DNA of 61,704 nucleotides, counting the filler. It is 4 parts of 4 records of this genome, joined end to end, with 100 filler letters (N's around TTAATTAATTAA, not from the genome) between each part and the next. Parts side by side here need not be neighbours in the genome. Positions count along the whole stretch, not along the records: positions 19,315 to 41,599 come from SRR20825006_1425; positions 41,700 to 52,801 come from SRR20825006_1427; 2 more parts are not named here. One strand, 5' to 3'. The position numbers and the translations under genes were made by a program. Numbering within the stretch: the stretch's first letter is position 1; every line of letters starts with the position of its first letter. The notes under the pieces are model-generated. The model was not told the DNA's origin. It was given only the letters and a program-made list of their open reading frames with translations, and did no database searches. Positions 38,680 through 48,039 of the stretch are shown in pieces.

Positions 38680-39704
38680 AGCGAAGCCAGCTTGCGGCGC
38701 CGGACCAGCGCGATGAAGAAGGGGGCACCCAGAAATGCCGTGACGATGCCCACCTGTACTTCGCCGGGCGGCGCGATGACCCGGCCCAGCACGTCGGCGC
38801 CAAGCAGCAAGATGGGGGCCAGCAGCATGGAATAGGGCAATATCCAGCGATAGCCGGGGCCGGTGATGGCGCGGGCGACATGGGGCACGGTAAGGCCGAC
38901 AAAGGCGATGGGACCGGCAGCGGCGGTGCTCGCTCCGGCCAGAATGACAGCGGCGAGACCGGCCATGCCGCGGGAGAGACCAATGCGCTGGCCAAGGGCC
39001 TTGGCGACGTCATCGCCCATGGACAGACCATCGAGCAGTCGCGCGGTTGCGAGGGCCAGGATCATGCCGACGGCCAGGAAGGGAGCGACCTGCAGGGCGA
39101 TGTCCATGGACCGGCCGGACAGCGAGCCAACCTGCCAGAAGCGGATTTCATCCAGGGTTCGCGGGCTGGTGAGCAGGATGGCGTTGATGATGGAATGAAG
39201 CACGGCGGTGATAGCGGCGCCAGCCAAAGCGAGCTTGACCGGGGTGGCGCCTTCGCGCCCGAGCGAGGCGACTGAATAGACCACGAGCATGGCGGCCCCT
39301 GCCCCGGCGAAGGCCATCCAGGCATAGGTCGAAAGCTGGGTCATGCCCAACAGGGCGACGCCCAGAACCACGGCAAGAGAGGCGCCGGCGTGAATGCCAA
39401 GGATGGAGGGGTCGGCCAATGGATTGCGCGTGGCCCCCTGCAGCACCGCGCCTGCAAGACCAAGGGCAGCCCCGACCATCAGGCCAACCACGGTGCGCGG
39501 CATGCGCAGATCCCAGATGATCCGGTGCTCGGTGGCGTTGGGATCGAAAGCGACCAGGGCGGTCCAGACATTTTCAAGCGGTATGGCGCGGGCGCCGGTG
39601 GCGAGCGAGAGCATGGCGATGACGGCCAGTGCAAAACCGAGCAGAAGCAGGCCCAGCGTCAGCCGGGCCGCCTTTTGAGCGCGATTGCCTGCCGCCTCAC
39701 TCAT
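38676..39704 (-). CDS. FecCD-family ABC permease
   Basis: RMPRT, RNPLADP, GDDVAKALG, GPIAFVGL.VPH. Confidence 0.92.
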   Translation of the reverse strand: MSEAAGNRAQKAARLTLGLLLLGFALAVIAMLSLATGARAIPLENVWTALVAFDPNATEHRIIWDLRMPRTVVGLMVGAALGLAGAVLQGATRNPLADPSILGIHAGASLAVVLGVALLGMTQLSTYAWMAFAGAGAAMLVVYSVASLGREGATPVKLALAGAAITAVLHSIINAILLTSPRTLDEIRFWQVGSLSGRSMDIALQVAPFLAVGMILALATARLLDGLSMGDDVAKALGQRIGLSRGMAGLAAVILAGASTAAAGPIAFVGLTVPHVARAITGPGYRWILPYSMLLAPILLLGADVLGRVIAPPGEVQVGIVTAFLGAPFFIALVRRRKLASL

Positions 39705-39713
39705 GGCGCCGGA

Positions 39714-40655
39714 TCAGGGCGCCAGATTGGCGTCGGCGGCGTTGATTGCGTCAGTGAGCTTGGCCAGTTCGCTGGCATAGGCGCCGTAGTTGCGCAGCCA
39801 GAAAGCGGGCCAGTCGGTAACCTGCCCGACTTCTGCGGCCTTAATGAGGGTCCAGGTGGGCTGGGCCAGCGCGGTTTCCATGGTTGCTTCGGAGCGGTTG
39901 TCGACCAGGATCAGATCGGGCTGGTACTTGTCGGCGTTTTCCCAGGAGAGGGTTTCCCAATAACCTCGGTCATCAGCCACTTCGGGATCGATGAGGTTGA
40001 GGCCCCAGGATGCGAAATCCATCAGCTCGGAGGAGCCTTCGGTGGCCGCTACATAAAGCGCGTCCGCGCCCGCCCATACGGCAAGCGCGGTCAGATCGGG
40101 CTTGGAGGTCACTGCGGTCTTGAACTCGGAGAGCGCGGTTTCGAACCCGGTCTTGGCGGCCGCGATCTCGGGGGCGGACAGGTCGGCTCCGAGGCTCCGT
40201 GCAAGCTCTTCATAGTCTTCGATCAGGGTGAGGATGGAGGCCCCCTGCTCCGGGCCGGTGATCGGTGCAAGCGGCGAGAGCGCAGTGACGACATCAGCAC
40301 CGCCGGACCACGTCGTCTCCAGCGGCCAGAACTCAGCAACGATCAGGTCAGGGTCAAGGGCGGCGGCCTTTTCGATGTCAACTTCGCCCCAGGCCTGACC
40401 GATGATTTCGATGCCCGAGAGGTCGAGCCCCTGCAAGGCCTTGGCATCAGCGACGGCGCTATCGGCATAGATGCCCACCGGGCGGATGCCGAGCGGGATG
40501 AGGCCGGCCGCTGCATCCTGGCTAGCGATGATGCGCACCGGCGTTTCATCCAACGTGACCGCCTCGCCATCGCCTCCGACAAAGCTCCATTGCGCAGCCG
40601 CAGGCAGAGCGGAGCCAGCGAACAGGGCGAGGGCGACCATAGAGGAGCGGAGCAT
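39714..40655 (-). CDS. Iron-siderophore ABC periplasmic binding protein
   Basis: Signal peptide (AAA-Q), PVRII, LGIRPVG, DIEKAAALDPDLI; first gene of the FecCD operon. Confidence 0.88.
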   Translation of the reverse strand: MLRSSMVALALFAGSALPAAAQWSFVGGDGEAVTLDETPVRIIASQDAAAGLIPLGIRPVGIYADSAVADAKALQGLDLSGIEIIGQAWGEVDIEKAAALDPDLIVAEFWPLETTWSGGADVVTALSPLAPITGPEQGASILTLIEDYEELARSLGADLSAPEIAAAKTGFETALSEFKTAVTSKPDLTALAVWAGADALYVAATEGSSELMDFASWGLNLIDPEVADDRGYWETLSWENADKYQPDLILVDNRSEATMETALAQPTWTLIKAAEVGQVTDWPAFWLRNYGAYASELAKLTDAINAADANLAP

Positions 40656-40701
40656 GACGGACCTTTCAGGAGCGGGAAATTTTCCGTTCCCTAGACCTCG
40701 T

Positions 40702-40724
40702 AAGATGAGCGGTCAAGTCATGTT
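40702..40724. promoter_or_regulatory. Iron-responsive operator-like palindrome TGA-N9-TCA
   Basis: AAGA-TGA-GCGGTCAAG-TCA-TGTT, about 50 bp upstream of the iron ABC operon start. Confidence 0.6.
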
Positions 40725-40818
40725 AATGCCAAGGCCGATGGATTCTGGCGGGCAGAACAGATTGATTGCCCGGACAAGCCGGGCATTGAGATTGAACAGG
40801 CGTTCGGGTCTTGGCAGG

Positions 40819-41599
40819 CTAGGCGGCCGGTTCTGCCGGCCGGCGGTACTGATAGATGCCCACGTCGATGGCGCTCTCGGTGAAGCCGGCTTCACAATAA
40901 GAGAGGTAATAGACCCATTTGCGCCTGAACACCTCGTCATAGCCAAGCGGTGCGATCATCGGCCAGCGCTCAAGGAAACGCTCGCGCCAGAGCCGCAGGG
41001 TGCGGGCATAGGACTGGCCGAAAGTCTCCACCTGTTCGAGCACGAGGCCATAGCGGTTGCCGAACTCCTGCATCACCGTCTTGGTGAGCAGCATGCCACC
41101 GGGGAAGATGTAGCGCTGGATGAAATCGGGCCCGGCCTTGTAGTTGTCGAAGTCCCGCTCCTGGATGGTGATGGCCTGGATGGCGGCGGTGCCGCCCGGC
41201 TTCAGGCGATCATGCAGGGTCTGGAAATAACTTGGCCAATTGTCCTCCCCGACAGCCTCGATCATTTCAATCGAGCCGATATGGTCGAACTGGCCCTGAG
41301 TGTGGCGATAATCCTCGAAGACGAGAGTCGCAAACTCGTCGAGCCCCTGACGCTTTAGACGTTCGAGGCCAAACTTCAACTGCTCGGCAGAAAGGGTGAT
41401 GCCGCGTAAATTGGCCTTGTAGTCGCGCGCCACGGTTTCTGCGAATCCACCCCAGCCACAGCCGATTTCGAGCACCGAGGCGCCTTCGGTAATGCCGGCC
41501 AAGTCGGCAACACGATGGTATTTTGCCAGTTGGGCTTCTTCCAGGCTTTGGTCGCCGGAGGTGAAGACCGCCGAGGAATAGGTCATCGAGGGATCGAGC
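40819..41599 (-). CDS. cfa: Cyclopropane-fatty-acyl-phospholipid synthase family; 5' truncated
   Basis: LDPSMTYSS, LEIGCGWG, SIEMIEAVG, FIQRYIFPGG, YLSYCEAGF. Confidence 0.88.
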
Positions 41600-41699
41600 N
41601 NNNNNNNNNNNNNNNNNNNNNNNNNNNNNNNNNNNNNNNNNNNTTAATTAATTAANNNNNNNNNNNNNNNNNNNNNNNNNNNNNNNNNNNNNNNNNNNN
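41600..41699. other. Artificial contig linker
   Basis: 44 N + TTAATTAATTAA + 44 N. Confidence 0.98.
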
Positions 41700-42191
41700 C
41701 AATTCAATCACTGCTGCATTGCCAATGCGGCCTGCATCCAGCCCGCCGCGCAACTGATTGATCACTTCCTGTTCTGTTGGTGCTGCAATCCTTGCTTTGG
41801 CACCCCCCGCAACGGCCTGCATGAAAAGCCCCACCGCACCAACAGAGCGTTCTGGTGACAGCAAAACACCTTCGCCGCGCAGAACGGCAAGTGCTGTGGC
41901 AAGGGTTTCCTCGCCCTTGATTTCAGCAATAACCGTTTCGATCATCTGCGCGGTCAACGGGTTTTGGCGAAGGGCCGTGCCCGCAGTCATTCCATCTGTC
42001 GGCATTGTAGCCGCATCAGACAATCCGATTTCGGCAACCGCCCGATAGTCTGGTTGCCAATTGCTGATCAATATCAGCAACCCGACAAACACAGAAACAA
42101 ACGCCAAAGCCCCAACCCCACGGCGCTGCCAAAGAATAGAAATCAGATCACGCAAAGATGGATCAAAACGGTCTGGCTGAATTTCCGTCAT
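41700..42191 (-). CDS. Polysaccharide co-polymerase (Wzz/Wzc/GumC-like) N-terminus; 3' truncated
   Basis: LRDLISILWQRR + one TM helix + PDYRAVA; ATG overlaps the stop of the WecG-like gene. Confidence 0.7.
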
Positions 42192-43660
42192 CTGGGGCTT
42201 ACATCCTCAAGTTCGGGAATACGGACAGTATCTTTTTCCTCATCAGCAAGCCCCCAGACCGCGCCATCTGCAAACATCGCGAAAGTGCCGGTATTGAAAG
42301 CTTGGTAAGACGGAATTTGAATAACGCGTGGCGCTTTCACGGGCTGTTGGATCACATTGGGTGCGGATACCTGCGCACCACTTTGCGCCACCAAAATCGG
42401 GTCACTAAACCCATCGCGATTTCTCCCCTCACCACCAAATACCCGTACCGCCAATTCAGGTGCGGTTTTTTGCACAAGGCTGGCAAGCCGTTCTGGTTCA
42501 GGGTGAATGTTTAAAAGCTGTTTCACCACCCCGCCCAAAACGGCCTCAAGCAGAAAACTGTTCGCCCCCATACCGGCCAAAACGACATCGACCAAGCCCA
42601 GCAATGCCCGGATAGATGTATCCGCTGCCTGCCAGTCAATTTCGGAATTTTCGATATCGACTGAAAGCGCATCATCTGGCCCAGCCAGAACCATGTTCAC
42701 AATCTCAGTGATGGCATCCTGCACATCATCTGGATCAGAAATCCCTGCTAACTTGGCGGTCATCCAGTCCGCGCTTACCTGTGGCTCACCTTGTGCAAAA
42801 CCATCAACCCAAACCACTTGCGCGTGGGGTTCTCCTACGCAAAGCATCATTGGGGCCACTGCGCTAATCATAGCGGCCTGCTTGGCCCAGCGACGGAGCC
42901 TTTTGGTGTGATGAGCAACAATGCCTGGCACGACCAATTTGGCAAAGCCAACAAGCCTATTTGCATAGCGCGGGATCATGTATTTTGGCTGGCACATGAT
43001 GCGCCATAAAAATTCCAATCCGGCCTGTTGCCATATCACGGGCGCACGGGTGACCTCGCCAGCCAGCACATCAAACGCACCACCAACCCCCATGGCAAAC
43101 CGGCACCCGGTTTGCCCACTATATTGTTCAACAAACAGTTCCTTGCGCGGGGATGGCAGGGCAACAAACAGTGCATCCGCACCACTTTTCCAAACGATTT
43201 CAGCAAGTTTGGCATCATCGGGTTCATAGCCATGATGCATCCCGGCAATCACAAGATCGGGGTATTGGGTTTGTAACTTGTCTGAAAGTTTTTCAAGCAC
43301 ATCGGCATGTGCGCCAAGCAAAAAGACACGCACCCTCTGCTTGGCAAAGCGCGGCAAAAGGGCGCTCATCAAATCAATACCTGTAACCCGCTCAGGCAGG
43401 TTGATCCCCATAAGGCGGGCGGCCCAAACAACCCCCATACCGTCCGCTGACAGGCATGTGGCATTTTCAAGGGCAGAAAACAGGTCTGGATTGCCAATCG
43501 CCTGCGGCAGTTTCAAAGCATTCAGCGATTGCTGACGAAAACACGGATCGGCAGTTGCCTTGGCTGAATATTCGAGCCAATCGCAAATATCAGCACAGAG
43601 TTCTTCCTGTCGCCGAACATCAAGCTGCAAACCAAAAAACGTCGTTTTCCCCTGTTTCAT
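42188..43660 (-). CDS. WecB/TagA/CpsF (GT26) glycosyltransferase with a long C-terminal extension
   Basis: DGMGVVWA, RVTGIDL, FLLGA, HHGY, SPRKE, GVGGAFD, RAP..GLEFLWR. Confidence 0.88.
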   Translation of the reverse strand: MKQGKTTFFGLQLDVRRQEELCADICDWLEYSAKATADPCFRQQSLNALKLPQAIGNPDLFSALENATCLSADGMGVVWAARLMGINLPERVTGIDLMSALLPRFAKQRVRVFLLGAHADVLEKLSDKLQTQYPDLVIAGMHHGYEPDDAKLAEIVWKSGADALFVALPSPRKELFVEQYSGQTGCRFAMGVGGAFDVLAGEVTRAPVIWQQAGLEFLWRIMCQPKYMIPRYANRLVGFAKLVVPGIVAHHTKRLRRWAKQAAMISAVAPMMLCVGEPHAQVVWVDGFAQGEPQVSADWMTAKLAGISDPDDVQDAITEIVNMVLAGPDDALSVDIENSEIDWQAADTSIRALLGLVDVVLAGMGANSFLLEAVLGGVVKQLLNIHPEPERLASLVQKTAPELAVRVFGGEGRNRDGFSDPILVAQSGAQVSAPNVIQQPVKAPRVIQIPSYQAFNTGTFAMFADGAVWGLADEEKDTVRIPELEDVSPR

Positions 43661-43831
43661 TCACCGCCCTGTTTGTCCGGTTTCAACCGCCCAGCACCCC
43701 AGTCAAATCGCGTTTTTATTTGGTCCCGTCGATACTTATGCCAATGGGCAGGTATCGTTTAATTCGTTGATGCCAATGGTAACTTATGATTGAGTTGGCG
43801 ACAACAACAGCATCTAAAGGCGCGCAAAACG

Positions 43832-44950
43832 GTGAAGGTAGCATTACTAACAAACATTGTTCCGCCCTACCGTTTCAACGCCTATGAAGCTTTGCACAGA
43901 CGCGCTGTGGCGGCTGGTGGTGGTTTGAATGCGATCTGCACTAGCCACACCGAACCGCAGCGCAATTGGTTGGATCGCACCGCGCAATTTGACCAACAAA
44001 CCTTGCGCGGCATTCATCTTCGTCTTGGTGAAAACCGTTTATTGTCAATGCCAATCGGAACGTTACGCACCTTAAACCAGATAAATCCCACCACCTTGAT
44101 CCTGGCCGGGTTTGGCATTGCGCAGTGGCAGGCGCAAAATTGGGCAATCAAGCGTGCCATTCCCACCATCTTGCAATTCGATGGTTGGTCTGGATCAGAT
44201 GATCGTTACCTTAATCCGGCGCGCCGCCATATCCGCCAGCGCATGGTGGCAAAGGCAGATCGCTTTATTGCAGCGGGATCGCTCAGTAAAAAGTGGTTTG
44301 AAAAGTACCGCACAGATACGCAAAAAATCTTGGTCGCCCCAATCCCGATCTCTTTTGAACCATCCCGGTCAAATCCCCCATTTGCCGAACGTCACTTTGA
44401 TCTGCTTTGGTGTGGGCGCACGACATGGACCAAGGGGTTTGATCATTTTTTAAGAATCGCGGCACTGCTGGCAAAAGCTGGCACCATCAAAAAAGTCGGC
44501 ATTATTGGCTGCACGAATAGTGATGAAACAACCCAATTGGTTGCGACATACGGCCTTTCAAACATCACCGACATTCATGGCCAACTTCCCCCAAATCAAC
44601 TTCCTGCAATGCTTGGCAACAGCAAGCTGTGTCTTTTTCCCAGTCGCAATGACGCCTATGGCGTTGGCGTGATCGAGGCAATTTCATGTGGTGCCCTCGC
44701 GGTGGCAAGCGACATGGTTGGTTGCGCCCCCGATATGCTCGAACGCACTGAAATCCTTCGGGCTGAAAACACCGGGGACTGGGTTTCTGCTTGCACGAGA
44801 TTTTTAAATAACCCCGATCATTGGGACCATGTCCGTCAAACCCAAAAGTCCAAGGTCAAGCTCAACTCGCCACACCACCATGCCGACATCATGTGGCAGG
44901 CTGTCACGCAGGCAACCAACCCATCAAAGGCGCCCAGTAAATGGAACTGA
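43832..44950 (+). CDS. Glycosyltransferase family 4
   Basis: LLTNIVPPYR, KGFD, FPSRNDAYGVGVIEA; probable GTG start. Confidence 0.82.
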   Translation: MKVALLTNIVPPYRFNAYEALHRRAVAAGGGLNAICTSHTEPQRNWLDRTAQFDQQTLRGIHLRLGENRLLSMPIGTLRTLNQINPTTLILAGFGIAQWQAQNWAIKRAIPTILQFDGWSGSDDRYLNPARRHIRQRMVAKADRFIAAGSLSKKWFEKYRTDTQKILVAPIPISFEPSRSNPPFAERHFDLLWCGRTTWTKGFDHFLRIAALLAKAGTIKKVGIIGCTNSDETTQLVATYGLSNITDIHGQLPPNQLPAMLGNSKLCLFPSRNDAYGVGVIEAISCGALAVASDMVGCAPDMLERTEILRAENTGDWVSACTRFLNNPDHWDHVRQTQKSKVKLNSPHHHADIMWQAVTQATNPSKAPSKWN

Positions 44951-46155
44951 TCAATTCAGATAGTGTGCCGTCAAAATCATCACCGTCAATCTGGATGATC
45001 AGCCGGATTGATCAGGCCGCTATTCTGGCAAGCCACCTTGCCCAGCAGAACCAATTGGTCCGCTGGGACAGTTTCTGGCGTCATAATGGAAGCGGGCCAG
45101 TCACCCCACCATCGCGGCAGGTTGATCCGATTTTAGCAACAATTCCCGGTCGTCATTTGATCCCCGATATTTTGGCAAAAACCGCACAAAAACTTCGCCT
45201 TCCCGCCCATAATCTTTATTCCGATATTCCCCTGTCGCTGATGGCGGCATTACAAATGCCAAAAGCCGATATCCTCCATGGGCAGGGGAATTACAGCCTG
45301 CCCGCCATGTGGCGCGCCAAGGCGCGTGGCATGATCACGATCTCGGACGTCACCGGCCAACTGGCCGATATCCGCCAATTACAGTTGGCAGCCGAATATG
45401 CCATCCACCGAAAAACCTACCGCGAGATATCCGCGTTCCTTGCCCGACGCCGCACAGAAGAAGCCAAGTTTGCTGATGCCGTTTTCGCCCCGTCTGATGC
45501 GGTAGCCGATGGGCTTCAGCGGTGTGGCGTGAAACCTGCGAAAATCTTCCTCGTGCCGTTTATATCGCCCTTATGCCAGACGCTTTTAGATCGAAAACGC
45601 GCGGTTAAAAACGATACCGTTATCCGCCTTTTATATGTTGGCAATCTGTCCCTTGCCAAAGGAACGGCAACACTTTTGGCGGCTTGGAAATCCTTGCGCG
45701 ATCGGTTCCGACTGCGCATCGAACTCACCCTTGTCGGTGCAGCGAAACCCTGCGCAAAGGACCTTCTTACCCGCTTGCCCGATGGCTGTGAATGGCTGGG
45801 ATCCTTACCGCACGCCAAGGTCGCCGATCTTATGTTGGCTTCTGATATCTTTGTGTTTCCCAGTCTCTCAGAAGGCAGCAGTCTGGCAACGATGGAGGCC
45901 ATGGCGGCAGGCTGCGCAGTCATCACGACCTTTGACGCCGGAAGCCCGGCGATCAATCAGATCAGTGGCCTGATCATCCCACCGCGCGATCCATCCGCAA
46001 TTTCAGCCGCAGTTTATGCGCTGATCAATAATCCAACCGTGCGCCGAAACATTGCACAGGCCGGACGCGATCAAATCGCACGGGATTTGCAAATCGGATA
46101 TGGCAACCGGGTGGATGCGGCTTACGAAGCGGTTTTGTCGCGCCATGGAAAATAA
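44941..46155 (+). CDS. Glycosyltransferase family 4
   Basis: YVGNLSLAKG, FVFPSLSEGSSLATMEAMAAG. Confidence 0.88.
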   Translation: MELINSDSVPSKSSPSIWMISRIDQAAILASHLAQQNQLVRWDSFWRHNGSGPVTPPSRQVDPILATIPGRHLIPDILAKTAQKLRLPAHNLYSDIPLSLMAALQMPKADILHGQGNYSLPAMWRAKARGMITISDVTGQLADIRQLQLAAEYAIHRKTYREISAFLARRRTEEAKFADAVFAPSDAVADGLQRCGVKPAKIFLVPFISPLCQTLLDRKRAVKNDTVIRLLYVGNLSLAKGTATLLAAWKSLRDRFRLRIELTLVGAAKPCAKDLLTRLPDGCEWLGSLPHAKVADLMLASDIFVFPSLSEGSSLATMEAMAAGCAVITTFDAGSPAINQISGLIIPPRDPSAISAAVYALINNPTVRRNIAQAGRDQIARDLQIGYGNRVDAAYEAVLSRHGK

Positions 46156-47299
46156 ACCGCGCCACAAATTATCGCAGTCCCTTTATCCGCTGTGGCTGGT
46201 CAGCGCCAATCTGATTGCCCGTCTGGGCGGCATGATCATTCTTGTTCTGATCGGGCATGCTTTTGCATCGGACCGGCTTGGCACATACTTTTCGATGCTG
46301 GCACTGATCGGGCTTGCCGTGACTGCGACACAGGCCGGAAGCGGCCCGCTTCTGATCCGTTTTGCCCAATCAAGTCAATATCGCTTCGCGCTGGGCATTG
46401 TCATCATCCGGCTCCTCATCGCCGTCATCGCAACCACCATCGTGATGATCAGCACCAACCAGCCACTTGCCACCTATTGGCCTCTTATACTGATGCCAAT
46501 GGCCGCCGCCTTATCTCCGGACTGGATGATTTCTGCCCGAACCGAGTTTTCCCGGCTGGGGGCCATTGCCGTGATTACGCAACTGGTCGGGATTTCAATA
46601 GCAATCTGGGCGGTCATGTTTGATCACGCCATCGGACTGTTTGCTATTGCGCCCAGCATTTCGATTGCCGGGTTGATTGCCTCATCCGTCCTTGCGGTTC
46701 ATCCAGGCAAACCACACCCAGCATTTCCCCACGGCCACACACCCAGTCGGACAACGACCTTTGGGCTGATCGGTTTCACTTTACTGGCGGGCTGTTTGCC
46801 AAATCTGGATTTCGTTTTACTCGGGCAAGATAATGACGCGCTTTTCATGGCCCAGCGGGTTTTTCTGTTCTGCGCCGGGTTGCTTGCCGCTATTGCGTCC
46901 ACCTTATTTGCCAAACGCCAATCCGGCACCCTTCGCGATGTTTGGCTGCTTTTCCCGATGGCTGCGATATCGCTTGTTCTGATGATTGCCCCCAACCAGG
47001 TTGCGATGCTCATTTACGCCGCACCAAGCCCTGAACTCGTTGCGGTGCTTCAACAGGGTGCCCTTTGGCCCCTATTGCTCGCCCTGCTTACCCGTCAAAT
47101 TCTTGCATTGCAGGAAACACCACATGCCGCTTGGCTGGGGTGGGTTTGCCTAATCGTTCTAATCGTTACTGCCTTTTTGATATCCCCCATTCTTGCTGCA
47201 ACTGATGTTATTTTGGTTGCGCAATACCGGTTGGGTTTGCTCATCCTTGTTCTTGTGGTTTGGGCCTCGATCGCATCAAGACGGCGGGTTTCAGCATGA
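46145..47299 (+). CDS. Polytopic membrane protein, probable Wzx-like flippase
   Basis: Many hydrophobic segments, LGTYFS in the N-terminal region, position inside a GT operon. Confidence 0.6.
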   Translation: MENKPRHKLSQSLYPLWLVSANLIARLGGMIILVLIGHAFASDRLGTYFSMLALIGLAVTATQAGSGPLLIRFAQSSQYRFALGIVIIRLLIAVIATTIVMISTNQPLATYWPLILMPMAAALSPDWMISARTEFSRLGAIAVITQLVGISIAIWAVMFDHAIGLFAIAPSISIAGLIASSVLAVHPGKPHPAFPHGHTPSRTTTFGLIGFTLLAGCLPNLDFVLLGQDNDALFMAQRVFLFCAGLLAAIASTLFAKRQSGTLRDVWLLFPMAAISLVLMIAPNQVAMLIYAAPSPELVAVLQQGALWPLLLALLTRQILALQETPHAAWLGWVCLIVLIVTAFLISPILAATDVILVAQYRLGLLILVLVVWASIASRRRVSA

Positions 47300-48039
47300 C
47301 AAAACTGCAAACCTCAATAGACAATGATCAACTCATTTCGGGCCAGTTTGGCGACATCACATTTGGACCGTGGGGCATTGAATGTTCTGATCAAGATGGC
47401 TTCATCACCTTGACAGACACGACCCGAAACGCCCGTTATCAGGACGGCATCTGGCACCTGCCAACCGGACGTCTGAAAATCGACCTTCACACCAAGCAGA
47501 TTGATGCAAACAAGATCGCGATTGCCGCAAGCTTTACCCCCCTTGATGATATGGCCCTGCAAGATGCCGTCATTCGGTTGGTCTTTGACAAGGATGCGAT
47601 CAAATCGGGCATCATTAATGATCAGGTCTTTGTTCATACCAACAGCGACAAATACCGACTTTATCCGACCAAACAGGCACAGCTTGTTGGCGTTTCCGGG
47701 CATTGCATCACGGTAACACTTGATGCAACCAATGGAGCCGCCCGGTTTGATCCATATCTCTATCTGCGTGATCGCGATAACCACTGGATCATTCACGCCC
47801 GGCTCCTGCCCCGTAATCCGGTCGATCAAATCTGGTTAAGGTGGGCCAATCGGTTTTTCGTCCTATCCTCCCCAGACCCGATTGCCCGATGGGTATGGAA
47901 AAAAGCGCCGCTTAAAAATTTGCTTTGGCGCATGCGCGAACGGTTGGGCCATGGCTGTCCTGAAATACAGGCCGTGCCGCTGAATACCCTCCGCAAAGGA
48001 CAGGTCTTATCACTGGAGGTGACATGTCATTTCCAGTAA
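47296..48039 (+). CDS. Hypothetical protein
   Basis: ATGA-coupled to the upstream gene; beta-strand-like sequence; no motif recognised. Confidence 0.75.
   Translation: MTKLQTSIDNDQLISGQFGDITFGPWGIECSDQDGFITLTDTTRNARYQDGIWHLPTGRLKIDLHTKQIDANKIAIAASFTPLDDMALQDAVIRLVFDKDAIKSGIINDQVFVHTNSDKYRLYPTKQAQLVGVSGHCITVTLDATNGAARFDPYLYLRDRDNHWIIHARLLPRNPVDQIWLRWANRFFVLSSPDPIARWVWKKAPLKNLLWRMRERLGHGCPEIQAVPLNTLRKGQVLSLEVTCHFQ

Noticed and set aside
36797-40655. Iron ABC operon as evidence that the NRPS makes a siderophore
   Set aside because: Separated by an artificial linker; no chelator-forming genes are visible in contig 1.
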